This document shows, piece after piece, positions 1-11,455 of a stretch of DNA of 64,000 nucleotides (position 1 is the stretch's first letter; the number at the start of each line of letters is the position of its first letter). The DNA is from Corallochytrium limacisporum Hawaii (taxonomy: Eukaryota; Protista; Pluriformea). The position numbers were made by a program, and so were the translations under genes. The stretch spans positions 178,550-242,549 of the forward strand of contig PDIP01000067.1 in the NCBI GenBank assembly GCA_002811645.1. The letters run 5' to 3'. The notes beneath the pieces were generated by a model. That model did not search any database. It worked only from the letters and a program-made list of their open reading frames with translations, and was not told the origin of the DNA.

Positions 1-2262
1 TCAAGTCTCTCCCATCGTTGTCTGGCGCACTCCACCACCACAATAATCAGTTTGATCACAATACATTTACTATATAGTATCCCATTTCATTCAGTGAAGT
101 ACCCACCGCACGGGCGTCACTGGCCCCGGCGGGTCTCCAATCGGGGAATTAAAAAAGTAGAAATTTCAGCTTACGTCGCGGTGCGGGTAGTAAATGTACG
201 GCGCGAGGCGCCCCCCCCGCCCCGGAGAGGGGAGGTAGGGGCCTTTGAACCGACCTGTCTCCCCCCCCTCTCTTCCCCTCCTTTTCTCTCCCTGCAAAAA
301 GCGATGACTAAATGATGAATTCATGGGGCTGCACACCCCCCGAGGGAATGGCCCGAGAGTTGGAATTGATTCTGAGTACCGGTGGTACCTATTGAAACGT
401 ATGCTTCTTTTTTTCTTTTTTTTTTGATTTGTATTTTCTTTTTGTTCCTTTCTTCCGTGCCTGCGCGAAATAAAGGAGGGTTCTGTGCGCAGCCCCACCA
501 CCACCACGTCCTTCGTTCGGAAGAATGGCGGGGCACCTAGTTCACGAACTCTTTCCATGCTTAAAAGAATATGATTTTCTCGTTTGTGTGTCCATATGTT
601 TCCCATAGTCAAGGGACACCAAAGGCAGAAGAGCACGGGCCCGACGGACAGCCTGACCATCGTTTTCTTTTGGGTGTCAACCTCTTTTTTTTTTGTGTTC
701 CGTCGATCTCCTTTGTTCCATCCTCGATTCGATAGGGAATCAAGAATCAAAGGTTCACTATCCCTACATAGATCAGGATACACGGCTCAGAATCATGTCC
801 CGGACAATATCGAATGTAGGGAATGTACAGAAATCAGTATGAGCGAGCGAATTCCCCCGGTGTGCCGAAGGAGACCCGCCTTCCCGTGCGAGGGGGGGAG
901 GGGGGAAATGGGTTCAGGAATTTCTGTTGATAATTCTGCGCAATATATACCCGGTGCTCAACTGCCTGCAATATGTTTGCTATTGGGGACAGTTTTAGAT
1001 TGCAAACAGAGAGGTATCGTGAATGTGTCTTTTTTATCCGGACATTTCCTGCAAGAACACGCACCGATCGCCCGCCAACGAAGGGTGCGTGTGCTTTTGC
1101 GTGTGCATTGTCTCGTAGTGCTGGCAATGCGCATCGATGGAGACTGCATGGTGAACCTCCAGACTCGTCACCAGAACATCCCACACACACACACGCGCGC
1201 GCACGCGTTCAAGGCACAAGGGGATTAGTAGGTGTGCCATCGACACCACATCTATAACTCATGTAGTAGGACTGTTTACCGATGCGAAATACCTTGTTAG
1301 AGATGACGGCGTCCCGTGAGATCGTGTGTGAGGTGAGTTTTCGGAGTGCAAAGCATGGAGAGTCATTCATGGGATTGTAACGTCATTATCAAACACTCTT
1401 TGCCAATTCACTAGTGATCTCTTACATGATGCATGGTTTGAAAATCCCGAAAGATAACCCCTGGAAAGTGGCGAGACAATGGGGGAAGCAGACCAGGACG
1501 GGTGTGCAGGAATCTACGAGCGCAGAAACGGTTCTTATTTTGGCTTTTTATGTCCTTCGCCGGCCGGTGACAACTGTATGTCATTGCATTTTTTCGTGTC
1601 GATGGAAGGAACATGTTGGCACACCGTAGAGTGATGGGGAGCGGAGAAAAGGCGAGAAGACTTGGTGACGGGGTCATACGCGAGTTTGAAAATGGGAACC
1701 ATGATAGTGTGGAAGGAATGTTGAGAACTTTGCTGCGGTTTCGTTCGAAACCTGAAACAGTTGGATGCCACTGTCCTACGTTACGTACTGAGGACCGCTG
1801 ATGAAATGTGAAGGGAAGGGGAAGAGGAGAGCAAAGATGCAATAAATTCTCATCCGTTTCTCTCTCATCTGTCAACTTCAACTGTAACTGGCAAGCAATC
1901 GCAACCGTGAACATTCACAGCACAACAGAGACAAAGATCCCACTGAATGGGTAGCCCTAATGCAAGGCATTGGAAGTACCTATCCCAGCGTGACACTGAC
2001 CAATTTCACAGATGATGGATTACAAACCGAGAGAAGAGCACCTCACAGTGCTGAGGAAGTCTACCTGCCCTTGATGGAAAGTGTTTCGGGAGATGGATGT
2101 GTGGGGCCAAGAAGACTCGTTGGAGGATCCACAGGTATTTATGAGATGGGTAGCAATCGTGATAATAGGGTACGGAAGCGTAGCCCAATCATACCCAAAG
2201 GCCTTTTGCAGAGGGGAGAAAGAACATTTCGAGCGGAGCAGTTCAATTTTGATCACTCAGTC

Positions 2263-3483
2263 ATGAAGTACACCATCTTTGCCCTTGCCCTTGCCAGTTT
2301 GGCTACTGCTGACTGCCCCAATGAGCTGTTGGAGCTGGCCCAGAATGACGGAGATATCCTTGACGTCAGGGACATCAATGGCCTTCCCACCTCTGTTGCG
2401 GTCAACAGCACCATCTGCCCTTCCATCACGGACGCATGCATCGCCGAGGAAGACTTCAAAGTCCTCGAGGAGAATATGAACAGCTCTCTGAATGAGATCC
2501 GGAGTGGTATTGATGAAGCTAAAAAAGCCTCAGAGGAATTCTCCTCCCAGCTTGACGAGATCCTTGGGCCCCTGGACGGCTTCGGAATCCCCGAAGAACA
2601 AGTCAACGACTTAAGAGAATATTTCACTTCTCTTGCTGATGCCATCGGCATCATAGCCACCAAAGGTGGCAATTGCTTCACTGCTCTCTTTGAATACTAC
2701 GTGGGCACCGTTTGCCTGGCCGTACGTGCGGACTGGAACATCTTTACCAACATCGGAGATGACGATGATGTCACCATCACCTACAGCACCAGTACCTGCG
2801 ATGACCTGCAGGAGGGCTGCACTGACTTGCTTGAGGACCTCGGAGATACCTTCAAAAGCCTCCAAGAGCAACTGCCTGCTTTGCTTGCAAGCCTGGGGCT
2901 GAGCGAGGAAGATATCGGCGAGTTCCTTCCCGACGAACTCACTGACCCTTGTGATGGCCAGGATTGTAACGACTATGTTTGCAATGGCTTTGTCGGGGGT
3001 GATGATTTGGGCCTTGACGACTTGAACGACGACGTTGACATCGATCTGGGAGACCTGCTCAAGAGGCGCCGTGACACCGAAGTCAGCAAAGAGGAGGTGG
3101 GGCAGGCCCTTTTGCAACTTACCCGGAATGCTGTCAAGATTATGCTGGGTTCTCAGCAGCCTACAGACAACCTGCGGCGCAGCATCAGGGAGCGGCGGGA
3201 CCTTGAGAACGCGTACGCACCGAATGGGTATTACGCCACAGGGGAGGGTGCGAGCTCCTCCATCGACACTTCCGCAGCAGGCGACGGCTCAGGCGCAGGA
3301 GATGGAACCGACTCCGGCAATGACAATGACGCTGACCCCCCTGCTACTGAAACTGACTCCGGCAGCACCAATCCTGCACCCACCGGCGATGATACTGCCA
3401 CCGAATCTCCCGGTGCGGCCTCTGGCATTGTGCCATCAATGACTGCCCTGACAGTGGGTCTGCTCGCCATTGTCCTTGCCTAG
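2263..3483 (+). CDS. Secreted, probably GPI-anchored Cys-rich surface protein (glypican/Frizzled-CRD-like architecture)
   Basis: The ORF track starts at 1960, but the signal peptide MKYTIFALALASLATA begins at ATG 2263, right after a CAG acceptor-like site. It has a Cys-rich helical core, basic clusters KRRR and RRSIRERR, a D/S/G/T-rich stalk and a hydrophobic C-terminal tail (GAASGIVPSMTALTVGLLAIVLA). Confidence 0.8.
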   Translation: MKYTIFALALASLATADCPNELLELAQNDGDILDVRDINGLPTSVAVNSTICPSITDACIAEEDFKVLEENMNSSLNEIRSGIDEAKKASEEFSSQLDEILGPLDGFGIPEEQVNDLREYFTSLADAIGIIATKGGNCFTALFEYYVGTVCLAVRADWNIFTNIGDDDDVTITYSTSTCDDLQEGCTDLLEDLGDTFKSLQEQLPALLASLGLSEEDIGEFLPDELTDPCDGQDCNDYVCNGFVGGDDLGLDDLNDDVDIDLGDLLKRRRDTEVSKEEVGQALLQLTRNAVKIMLGSQQPTDNLRRSIRERRDLENAYAPNGYYATGEGASSSIDTSAAGDGSGAGDGTDSGNDNDADPPATETDSGSTNPAPTGDDTATESPGAASGIVPSMTALTVGLLAIVLA

Positions 3484-3908
3484 AGACACGGGAGTTATGA
3501 AAAAAGAACCAAAGAAAAGAAGGAACAAAACACTATTTGTAACCAACAGCTAGTGACGAACTGTGATGCCCGGTTCTACTGGCTGGCTGCTCCAAAGTTC
3601 ACGCGAGCCTTGATACTGTCAAGACCATACTTTTACTTTCACCCAGCGTTAACATATCACCATAAAGCAGTCACCATTATTGCACTCATCTTACCACCGC
3701 CATCGTACCGCTTTTCATCACACATCGCAGCACACTCTTGAATCCATGCGCTCCCGCAACCGTTTCCCCCCCCCCTTCTCACCAAACCGGCCCCCGTTTT
3801 GGTTTTCCGTGGCTACAACCGTTTGGAGGCAGGGCCGCCATGTGACACCGACTCCCCCCCGAAGGTGACAGCTTTCCTTTTTTTTTTTGTTGTTATTGGA
3901 CCTTGGGG

Positions 3909-3928
3909 CAGCAGCAGCAGCAGCAGCA
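3909..3928. repeat. (CAG)n microsatellite
   Basis: Run of cagcagcag seen directly. Confidence 0.85.
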
Positions 3929-4232
3929 CCCAAAGAAATCGAAAATGTAAAAAGGCACCCTTCGCCGACCACCCCGCTCTGGACGCGCGGCGCTATTTAC
4001 AGGCTTCGGTGCGCGGCCACCGTTTCTTTCCTTCGTGCTTTTTCACAGCTCGCCTGGGCCGGCAGTTCTGGCCTAGCTTTGTGGCCTCTCTCGGTCCGGG
4101 GTTTCCTTTTCTCTCCTGGCCCCCCCCTCCCCCTCTCTCTCTCTCTCAGAGTCAGCCAGGCGCCCTGAGTTCTGGAGAAATTGGGCCTTGGTACCTGGGA
4201 AGGTCGAGATTGACTCACAGAGAGAAAGAGAA

Positions 4233-4237
<5 letters not shown>

Positions 4238-4272
<35 letters not shown>
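4238..4272. repeat. (GA)n microsatellite
   Basis: Uninterrupted GA run. Confidence 0.9.
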
Positions 4273-4277
<5 letters not shown>

Positions 4278-5826
4278 CCCACTCACACAACTCTGAGAGA
4301 CAGAGAGGTGGCTGTGGATCCTTTACCCCTGGCCCCCCCTCCCCGGTCCTCCTCCTATGCCAGGGGAGGAGAGGAAGGAAAGGCCCAGTCTTCGCGGAAC
4401 TAAAAGTACTGAGGCTGGGATCGATTAAAGAATTCACGGGGAAACAGAGACGCATGAAAGCCGAGACTGAGCAGAAAAACACAAACGGGCCAGGAAAAAA
4501 AGCGGGGACAGTGCAAGCAAATAATATACAGGATACGTACCTTACCTATTATGCCACCTTATTTTCTATTGTATGAATATCAAAAGTGCAATATCTACTA
4601 ATCATGTACAGAATTGACGTATTGCTGATGTGTATGTGCTGCTGGTGAGTCCGTCAACCGCGTGTTTTTATCGCCCGGTGTCATCGCGCGGGAGTAAGAA
4701 AAGTGGCAGTTCGTTAATGCCGAAGACAAGAAAACCAAAGAAAATGCAGGTGAACGAGTATAGAACAAGGTCCGGAGACCACAACACGCACGGGGCAAAG
4801 AGGGAGGGGCGGGGGGCCGGGGTGGTGGGATGAGTTTTGTTTTCAAGTTCAAAGGGCCCCCGGGGCAGAGGGGAGGGTTTGCTTTAAACTTTGGCTAGAG
4901 GGGTCTCAGGGTCAGTTGTTCTAAAATACAACAGACACGGCTCGGGGAGAAAGAGGGGGGGGTTTGGTGCTGACCGCCAGGGTTAAGGTAAGAAAAGAGA
5001 GAGAGAGGAAGGAAGGAAGGAAGGAAGCAAAAAAAAAAATGATGGGAGTGGAGAGGAGGTGGCCAATAGAGCCCACAGCCCAAGTTTCCCCCCCCCCCCT
5101 AAAACCCAGAGAGAGAGAGAGGGAAGAGTAAGGGAAAAGTTTTTAGCGCAGTGGAGAGGTGGTGGTGGTGAGGGGCCGGTGCGGGTAACACCGGACGGGT
5201 GTGTGTGTGTTGAGACCGGCGCCTTTTTTAGTTGAAAAAGTTGGTTGGTGGGTGGTGTCACAGGGTTTCCCTGGTGGAGAACGACGGGGGGGGGGGGGGG
5301 GACGGGTCGGGGGGGGGGGTTGGGGGGGNNNNNNNNNNNNNNNNNNNNNNNNNNNNNNNNNNNNNNNNNNNNNNNNNNNNNNNNNNNNNNNNNNNNNNNN
5401 NNNNNNNNNNNNNNNNNNNNNNNNNNNNNNNNNNNNNNNNNNNNNNNNNNNNNNNNNNNNNNNNNNNNGGGGGGGAGGACGTGTCGGGGAGGGAGGTTGG
5501 GGGTGGAAGCTTCGGTAAGGGCCCCGCGGGGGTAGGGGGAGGTGGCGGCGTGTTCGTGGTGCAGTGGCGCTTGCAGAGTGGCTATTTCGGTGACAGAGGA
5601 AGCAAAGGTGGCGTCACGGGTGATCCTGAAGAGTAATTAGTCAAAGGAACTTGACAGCATTCGTGCTTGAGTGAATATATGTAAAATAATCTTAAAGAAT
5701 AGTTGTGTGAACAGTATTCTCGCAATAGAAACATCACAGAACACAGGGAGCTAGAGATAGTGGGTGTGGGAGATGCAAAGATAGGTCAACCTCTCCCATC
5801 CATTAGACAGACGATTTATCATAGAC

Positions 5827-7779
5827 ATGGCACCTTTTCCAGGAAAATCTACCACCACAACAACCATGGCGACCAATCAACAGGGAACTGCGGACGAAAA
5901 GGGAGAGTATCGGCGGTCAGGTGAGCGAAAGTACCGAGCACCAGTGGTTAAGGCGCTTGGTTCTGCGATCCCAGAACATCCGCACTCTGTGAGTGTGTGC
6001 ATGCCAAGCTGGGAAGATAATGTAGACTATGAGGAGGGCAAAGATCGAGTGCACTCAAAGCTGCAGTCGGGATATCCGCGCTTTGCATTCAGTCCGGTCG
6101 TTAAGGATCTCTTTGCGCACGCTGCCGAACGGTTTTGTGACCCGACCAAGGAACAGTCTGTGTTAGTGTTGCCAAATGAGACGGCCTGTCGTCTCTGTGC
6201 AGCATTTATGGTGCGCTTGAGTGAACGATCCAGAGCCGAGGATCAGGCCTTGAAGGCAGGAACGGAAGAGGCCGATGACATGAAGGCCTCCGTTCTTGAC
6301 CTGCCCACTGCAGAATTCAGCGATTTCAAGTGGCATCCTCTGATCGAGAGCACGGATATCGGGGATAGCAATGAAACTGACTGCAATGGATGTAATCTTT
6401 CCGAGTTGGCAGAACTGCATGCATTTGTCTTGCCTGCGAAGCTGTTTGGCATGGCCAAGTCGTTCTGGCAGCACACAGGCTACGTGGTGACCTCTCGTCA
6501 AGCGGTCTCCTATCTCAAGTATGTTAACAGACAGCCTTGTGGAAGTGAAGCCAGTCCCCGGGTCATGACACCAAAGAGCACCAGCGGATCATCGGTAGAG
6601 GATGAGGACGATGACGGAGAGGAGGACCTGGATCATCACATTGAAGAGCATTTTGGACGACGATTGAAGGTCACAGAGAGTCAGCGGGCACAGGACCTCA
6701 TCTGCAAGCGCATCGGCAAACTCACAGCACAGAGATCTGACCATGTCCATTTGTATCCTTGCGGCATGAACGCCTTTTTCCACGCGTACGCGACAGTGCG
6801 GGACCTCGCCGGCGGGCACGACCTCGAGCAGCATGAAATTGTGGAAAAGAGCGACGGAACATGCGTGATGTTTGGATTTCCCTACCTGGACTCGCTCAAA
6901 ACGCTGCAGAAGTTTGCACCCATCACTACCGGCATGGTAAGCCTGCAGGAATCTGTGGACTCCACCGTTAAGTTTCTGGGCCATGGTGGTGCGGACGACT
7001 ACGACGAACTGGAACGCTTCGCAGAGGACAACAAGATTGTTGCGCTCTTCTGCGAGTTCCCCACCAATCCTCTTCTGCGGTGCCCGGATCTGGAACGCAT
7101 CAGTGCGGTGGCCAAGCGCCACAACTTCCCCGTGGTTGTGGACGACACGATCGGTAACTTCCACAATCTGCAGATAACCAAGTCCTGTGACATGATTGTC
7201 ACTTCGTTAACGAAGCTGTTCTCCGGGGACTCAGATGTAATGGGAGGTAGTATTGTGGTAAATGGCAACTCTGCCTTCGCGTCCGCTATTCAGGAGCGTC
7301 TGAAAAAGCGCTTCAGTGCCACCCGGCCTTACAGCCAGGACATCATCGCCCTCGAGCGTAACTCCCGCGACTTCGAACGGCGCAGTGTAAAGATTAACCA
7401 AACGGCCAGCCGTCTGGCTGAGTACCTGCACAATCACGACCTCGTGGATTACGTCTGCTACCCGTCCCTCACCGAACCGGAGATCTACGGTAAGTTCAAG
7501 AAACCGGACGGTGGCTACGGTGGTCTCATGAGCGTGATCCTCAAGGATGCTGTCCGGGCACCTAAGTTCTACGACGCCCTGAACGTCAGCAAGGGCCCCA
7601 GTCTCGGCACGAACTTTACCCTCTGCTGTCCGTACACTATCCTCGCCCACTACACGGAGCTTGATTTTGCGGCCGGTTACGGCGTGCCTGCCCACCTCGT
7701 CCGGATCAGCATTGGCCTGGAGAGCTACGATGATCTCAAGGAGGCCTTTGACAACGCTTTGAAGGCCGCTGCCCAGTGA
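5827..7779 (+). CDS. STR2: Cystathionine gamma-synthase, fungal STR2/met-7 type (Cys/Met metabolism PLP enzyme)
   Basis: Motifs HSVSVCMPSW, SGYPRF, FWQHTG, FGFPYLDSLK, CEFPTNPLL, VVVDDTIG, PLP-lysine SLTKLFSGDSDVMGG, KGPSLGTNFTL and LVRISIGLE. Alternative start at ATG 5866. Confidence 0.92.
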   Translation: MAPFPGKSTTTTTMATNQQGTADEKGEYRRSGERKYRAPVVKALGSAIPEHPHSVSVCMPSWEDNVDYEEGKDRVHSKLQSGYPRFAFSPVVKDLFAHAAERFCDPTKEQSVLVLPNETACRLCAAFMVRLSERSRAEDQALKAGTEEADDMKASVLDLPTAEFSDFKWHPLIESTDIGDSNETDCNGCNLSELAELHAFVLPAKLFGMAKSFWQHTGYVVTSRQAVSYLKYVNRQPCGSEASPRVMTPKSTSGSSVEDEDDDGEEDLDHHIEEHFGRRLKVTESQRAQDLICKRIGKLTAQRSDHVHLYPCGMNAFFHAYATVRDLAGGHDLEQHEIVEKSDGTCVMFGFPYLDSLKTLQKFAPITTGMVSLQESVDSTVKFLGHGGADDYDELERFAEDNKIVALFCEFPTNPLLRCPDLERISAVAKRHNFPVVVDDTIGNFHNLQITKSCDMIVTSLTKLFSGDSDVMGGSIVVNGNSAFASAIQERLKKRFSATRPYSQDIIALERNSRDFERRSVKINQTASRLAEYLHNHDLVDYVCYPSLTEPEIYGKFKKPDGGYGGLMSVILKDAVRAPKFYDALNVSKGPSLGTNFTLCCPYTILAHYTELDFAAGYGVPAHLVRISIGLESYDDLKEAFDNALKAAAQ

Positions 7780-7860
7780 GAACAGGTGAAGTAAGACTGT
7801 GTTTCCGTGTTTGTTTTTGTCGCGTTGGAGAATATACATGTATCTTATGAATCACTACTG

Positions 7861-9675
7861 TTACATTTTCGTTTTCAGAAGTTCGAGTACGAGGTCCACT
7901 TTACCCTCTAGGTGAGCTATGCGTTCCCGCAGTGCCCGATTTTCTTCACTGAGGCGCTCTACGGTGTCCCGAAGCTTGGTGGTCTCCGACGCGGAGGCAA
8001 ACGTAGTACCTGGCGAAGGAGGTGCAGGACGGTTGGCTGCATCCTTTGTTGTATCGGGGGCCCGGTCTGTGTCCCTATTCGGCAGGGCCGGGGCCATGGA
8101 GCGCTTGATCAACACTGCGTCAACATCATGCAGAGTTGGCTTCGACGATGGGAATGCCTGCTGCACTGCGTGCTGCACTGCGTGGGCAATGCGCGCCTCA
8201 CTGTCCTCGTCCGCCTCATCGCATGGGTCTTTCTTGTTCGTGGTGCGAGTGTCTCTCAATATCACCGCGCCCAATGTATCGCCAGCACAGGTCAGGTCCA
8301 GAATATGACGAAAATGTCCCTGCACAATATGGCGCTGTGTAATTTCACAGATCGGTGATGGGCCCAAAGATTCCAACGGTTTCACACGATACTCCCTGAT
8401 CTTTTCTTCTTGGCTTCCCGCAAAGGCAACACACAAGCGCAATTGTGGCGGACCAACGTCGTCGAATCTGCCGGCCATAAAATTTTGCCCAGCCTTCTGC
8501 GCTTCGCTAAGGTTCATTGGGACTGTACCAATCCGCTCTGGTCGATACTCCAGCTCTATCCTTCCGAGATCAGTGCCACCGTGAACGTCAACCTCACCAG
8601 TGGCAGTGTCGTGCCTGACGGCGTACCTGAAGAAATGTAATGCACCGGGAGTAGCAATCTCTTTCGTGCTTGTGTCCGTGCCCCTGATGTCAAAGAGGTG
8701 CGCTCTGACTGAGGTGGCTACAGGACGGATCGAGTCATCCTCTTTGAGCGAAACAACCGGCTTCGCACCCAGGCCGACGACCAAATACTCAATGCGATCG
8801 TGGTGAGTTACACGTCCCGGGTTCCCCGACGCTTCCAGTCGATCAGTGCCAAAGCACGCAATACAGGTTATTTCCATGCCATCCCATGAGTCCAGCAAAG
8901 TTTTAGTTTTCATTGGTGAACTGGTCCCATGACTGCTAAGCAGACTACAGACACTATTTTGGTGGACTTTGAAGATCACGGAGTCAGATTGTGCGGCCAT
9001 ATGCGGAGGCACCGGCGTCCGCCAAGGAAGCGATTCCTGACCAAGAACACTTGCAAATTTGTGTGACCCGTATTGTCCATTTTTATCCTCCAGATACAAA
9101 TTCTCTTTAGTTGCTGAACCCGGAAATATCGCCACAGAAAGCCTAGCAGCGCCGTATTGCATGACGAATGCGGCGTCTTCTAACCCGCTTCGGATCATAT
9201 TCTTCGCAACCATTGCATCGCCCACATGCTTGGACACATCAGCCAGTAACTTGCTCCCATTTCCCATAATATCCGCATCGTCTGACACCCGGGCTACTTG
9301 GAACATACCGTCATTCAAGAGTTTGAGCTGGAATGTTCTATGACCGTCCCGTCTGACCAGAGCACAGGCTCCCGTGGAAAGACGATCCAGCGCTTTGACA
9401 GTGGACTCAGAGCACAGAGTCTGCGTAGCATAGTTTGCGGTCACCAAGATGACATCCTCTTTGCTCTGTTTCAGTGTCCCATCTTTCTCCCACAGTCGTA
9501 GTCTGGAGTCAATCTGCCCTGTCCAGAAAGTTCTCGTCACCTCCGGATCGGACATCGCGCCAGTCTTGGCCGGCAGACGGTGACATGGTATCGCTCGTGT
9601 CTCGGCGAGCATCATATTTGCCGAACGCAAGCCCTTTTCAAGCTTATCCAAAACAATTGGGTTGCCCAATTCCAC
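7861..9675 (-). CDS. Uncharacterised protein, beta-rich body with C-terminal coiled coil (weak resemblance to WDCP)
   Basis: 604-codon open frame with a C-terminal heptad LRDTVERLSEENRALRERIAHLEGKVDLVLELL. The track start is a GTG; the first in-frame ATG is at 9615. Confidence 0.7.
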   Translation of the reverse strand: MELGNPIVLDKLEKGLRSANMMLAETRAIPCHRLPAKTGAMSDPEVTRTFWTGQIDSRLRLWEKDGTLKQSKEDVILVTANYATQTLCSESTVKALDRLSTGACALVRRDGHRTFQLKLLNDGMFQVARVSDDADIMGNGSKLLADVSKHVGDAMVAKNMIRSGLEDAAFVMQYGAARLSVAIFPGSATKENLYLEDKNGQYGSHKFASVLGQESLPWRTPVPPHMAAQSDSVIFKVHQNSVCSLLSSHGTSSPMKTKTLLDSWDGMEITCIACFGTDRLEASGNPGRVTHHDRIEYLVVGLGAKPVVSLKEDDSIRPVATSVRAHLFDIRGTDTSTKEIATPGALHFFRYAVRHDTATGEVDVHGGTDLGRIELEYRPERIGTVPMNLSEAQKAGQNFMAGRFDDVGPPQLRLCVAFAGSQEEKIREYRVKPLESLGPSPICEITQRHIVQGHFRHILDLTCAGDTLGAVILRDTRTTNKKDPCDEADEDSEARIAHAVQHAVQQAFPSSKPTLHDVDAVLIKRSMAPALPNRDTDRAPDTTKDAANRPAPPSPGTTFASASETTKLRDTVERLSEENRALRERIAHLEGKVDLVLELLKTKM

Positions 9676-9692
9676 CTACTCCACACCGTCAT
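9612..9692 (-). promoter_or_regulatory. 26-codon upstream ORF whose stop overlaps the main-ORF ATG
   Basis: caaccacaATG at 9692 encodes MTVWSRWNWATQLFWISLKRACVRQI. Its TGA (9614-9612) lies within the ATGATG of the main frame. Confidence 0.45.
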
Positions 9693-10258
9693 TGTGGTTG
9701 GAATTGCCTGAGTATAGTTACGACGACGGGCTGGGCCAACTCACGGATCAGAGTATGAGACCCGCTCTCCCCCCGGGGGGGGGGACCGGCGGGGCGGCCG
9801 AGGCGAAGGGGTCTATCCATCCCCGGATGGAGGCGCCGCCCTCCCCTCTATGGGGGCTTTTCTCAGAGGAAAACACAGTATTTGAGAAATATTTGTCCAT
9901 ACCATGACTGTACCCTTTCCGGACTGAAATATATAGTTTTGAATCAAATCGGCGGACATGTGGGGGTAGAGGAACTTCTTGTCTTGGGCCATCGTTTGGG
10001 TACTGGGTCACGGGGTGACGCTTTGGTGTCTCCGTGGGCGTGCGTAAGGCTGTGGACGGCCGAACGCAGGGTCTGCGATGGGCTAAGATTGAACAAAAGT
10101 GAATTGTTCAGCGATAGTTCAATGAAGATGCTTGGTGTTGGGTCAGTCCATGTATTTCAAACGCGAGATTGGTTTGAGGACACGCGATCATAGGGATGCA
10201 GTAGCCATACGGTTCCGGGTTTATTTCTTCTGGAATAAGTAAAACAAATCTATTAGTC

Positions 10259-11455
10259 ATGCCGCCTAAGAAGGGAAAGAAGGGAGCAGAGCCCGAAGAG
10301 AAGCCCATTCTGGGTCGCTTCGGCACCTCACTTAAGATGGGTGTGGTTGGTCTGCCGAACGTGGGTAAGTCCACCTTCTTCAACGTCCTGACAAAGTCAG
10401 AAATCGCCGCTGAGAACTACCCCTTCTGCACTATCGACGCCAACGAGTCTCGTGCCCCGGTTCCTGACGAGCGGTTTAATTGGCTATGCGAGCACTGGAA
10501 GCCTCCGAGCAAGATCCCAGCGTTCCTGTTCGTCACGGATATCGCCGGTCTGGTAAAGGGTGCTGCCGAAGGGCAGGGTCTGGGCAATAACTTCCTGAGC
10601 CACATCAAGGCTGTTGATGGCATCTTCCACATGGTACGTGCCTTCGATGACCCTGATGTTACTCATGTTGAGGGTGAGGTAGATCCCATCCGTGACATGA
10701 CCATTATTCACGAAGAATTGCGCCTGAAGGACGCTGAGTTCCTGACCAACGAAGTGGGACGACAGGAGAAGACTGTCGCCCGCAGCAGTGACAAGCAAGC
10801 CAAGGCCAACTTTGAGATTCTGCAGAAGATTCACAAGTTCGTCGTCGAAGACGAGAAGGATGCCCGTTCCGGAGATTGGAACGGTAAAGAAATAGAAGTA
10901 CTGAACGAACTACAGCTGCTGACGGCGAAGCCCATGGTTTACCTCGTCAACTTGACCCAGAAGGACTACCTGCGCCAGAAGAACAAGTGGCTCCCCAAGA
11001 TCAAAGAGTTCGTAGATAGCCGCATGAATCCTCCGGACGTTATCATCCCCTTCTCCGCACAGTTCGAGCTCAACCTCTTTGACATGCCTGACGACGAACG
11101 TGCAAAGTATCTGGACGAGGTCAAGGTGCCCACACTTCTTCCCAAGATTATCGTCCAGGGTTTCAAGACCTTGAACTTGCAGTATTTCTTTACAGCCGGT
11201 CCTGATGAAGTCCGGGCTTGGACCATCCGCAAGGGATCTAAGTCACCAGAGGCCGCTGGTAAGATCCACAGTGACATGGAGAAGGGATTCATCATGGCCG
11301 AAGTCATGCACTACGAGGACTACAAGACTGCCGGCAGTGAAGCTGCAGTTAAAGCTGCTGGCAAGTACATGCAGAAGGGCAAGGACTATATTGTGCAAGA
11401 CGGAGATATCATTGTCTACAAGTTCAACGTCACTACTCAGCCCAAGAAGAAGTAA
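10259..11455 (+). CDS. OLA1: Obg-like ATPase 1 (OLA1/YchF)
   Basis: [51 protein letters not shown]-domain [15 protein letters not shown] and [12 protein letters not shown]. Confidence 0.98.
   Translation: MPPKKGKKGAEPEEKPILGRFGTSLKMGVVGLPNVGKSTFFNVLTKSEIAAENYPFCTIDANESRAPVPDERFNWLCEHWKPPSKIPAFLFVTDIAGLVKGAAEGQGLGNNFLSHIKAVDGIFHMVRAFDDPDVTHVEGEVDPIRDMTIIHEELRLKDAEFLTNEVGRQEKTVARSSDKQAKANFEILQKIHKFVVEDEKDARSGDWNGKEIEVLNELQLLTAKPMVYLVNLTQKDYLRQKNKWLPKIKEFVDSRMNPPDVIIPFSAQFELNLFDMPDDERAKYLDEVKVPTLLPKIIVQGFKTLNLQYFFTAGPDEVRAWTIRKGSKSPEAAGKIHSDMEKGFIMAEVMHYEDYKTAGSEAAVKAAGKYMQKGKDYIVQDGDIIVYKFNVTTQPKKK

Noticed and set aside
166-1914. ORFs of 118-214 aa near the window start
   Set aside because: They run through homopolymer and microsatellite DNA and show no recognisable motifs.
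1960-2262. 101-aa N-terminal extension of the first surface protein in the ORF track
   Set aside because: The signal peptide and coding-like composition start at ATG 2263, directly after an acceptor-like CAG.
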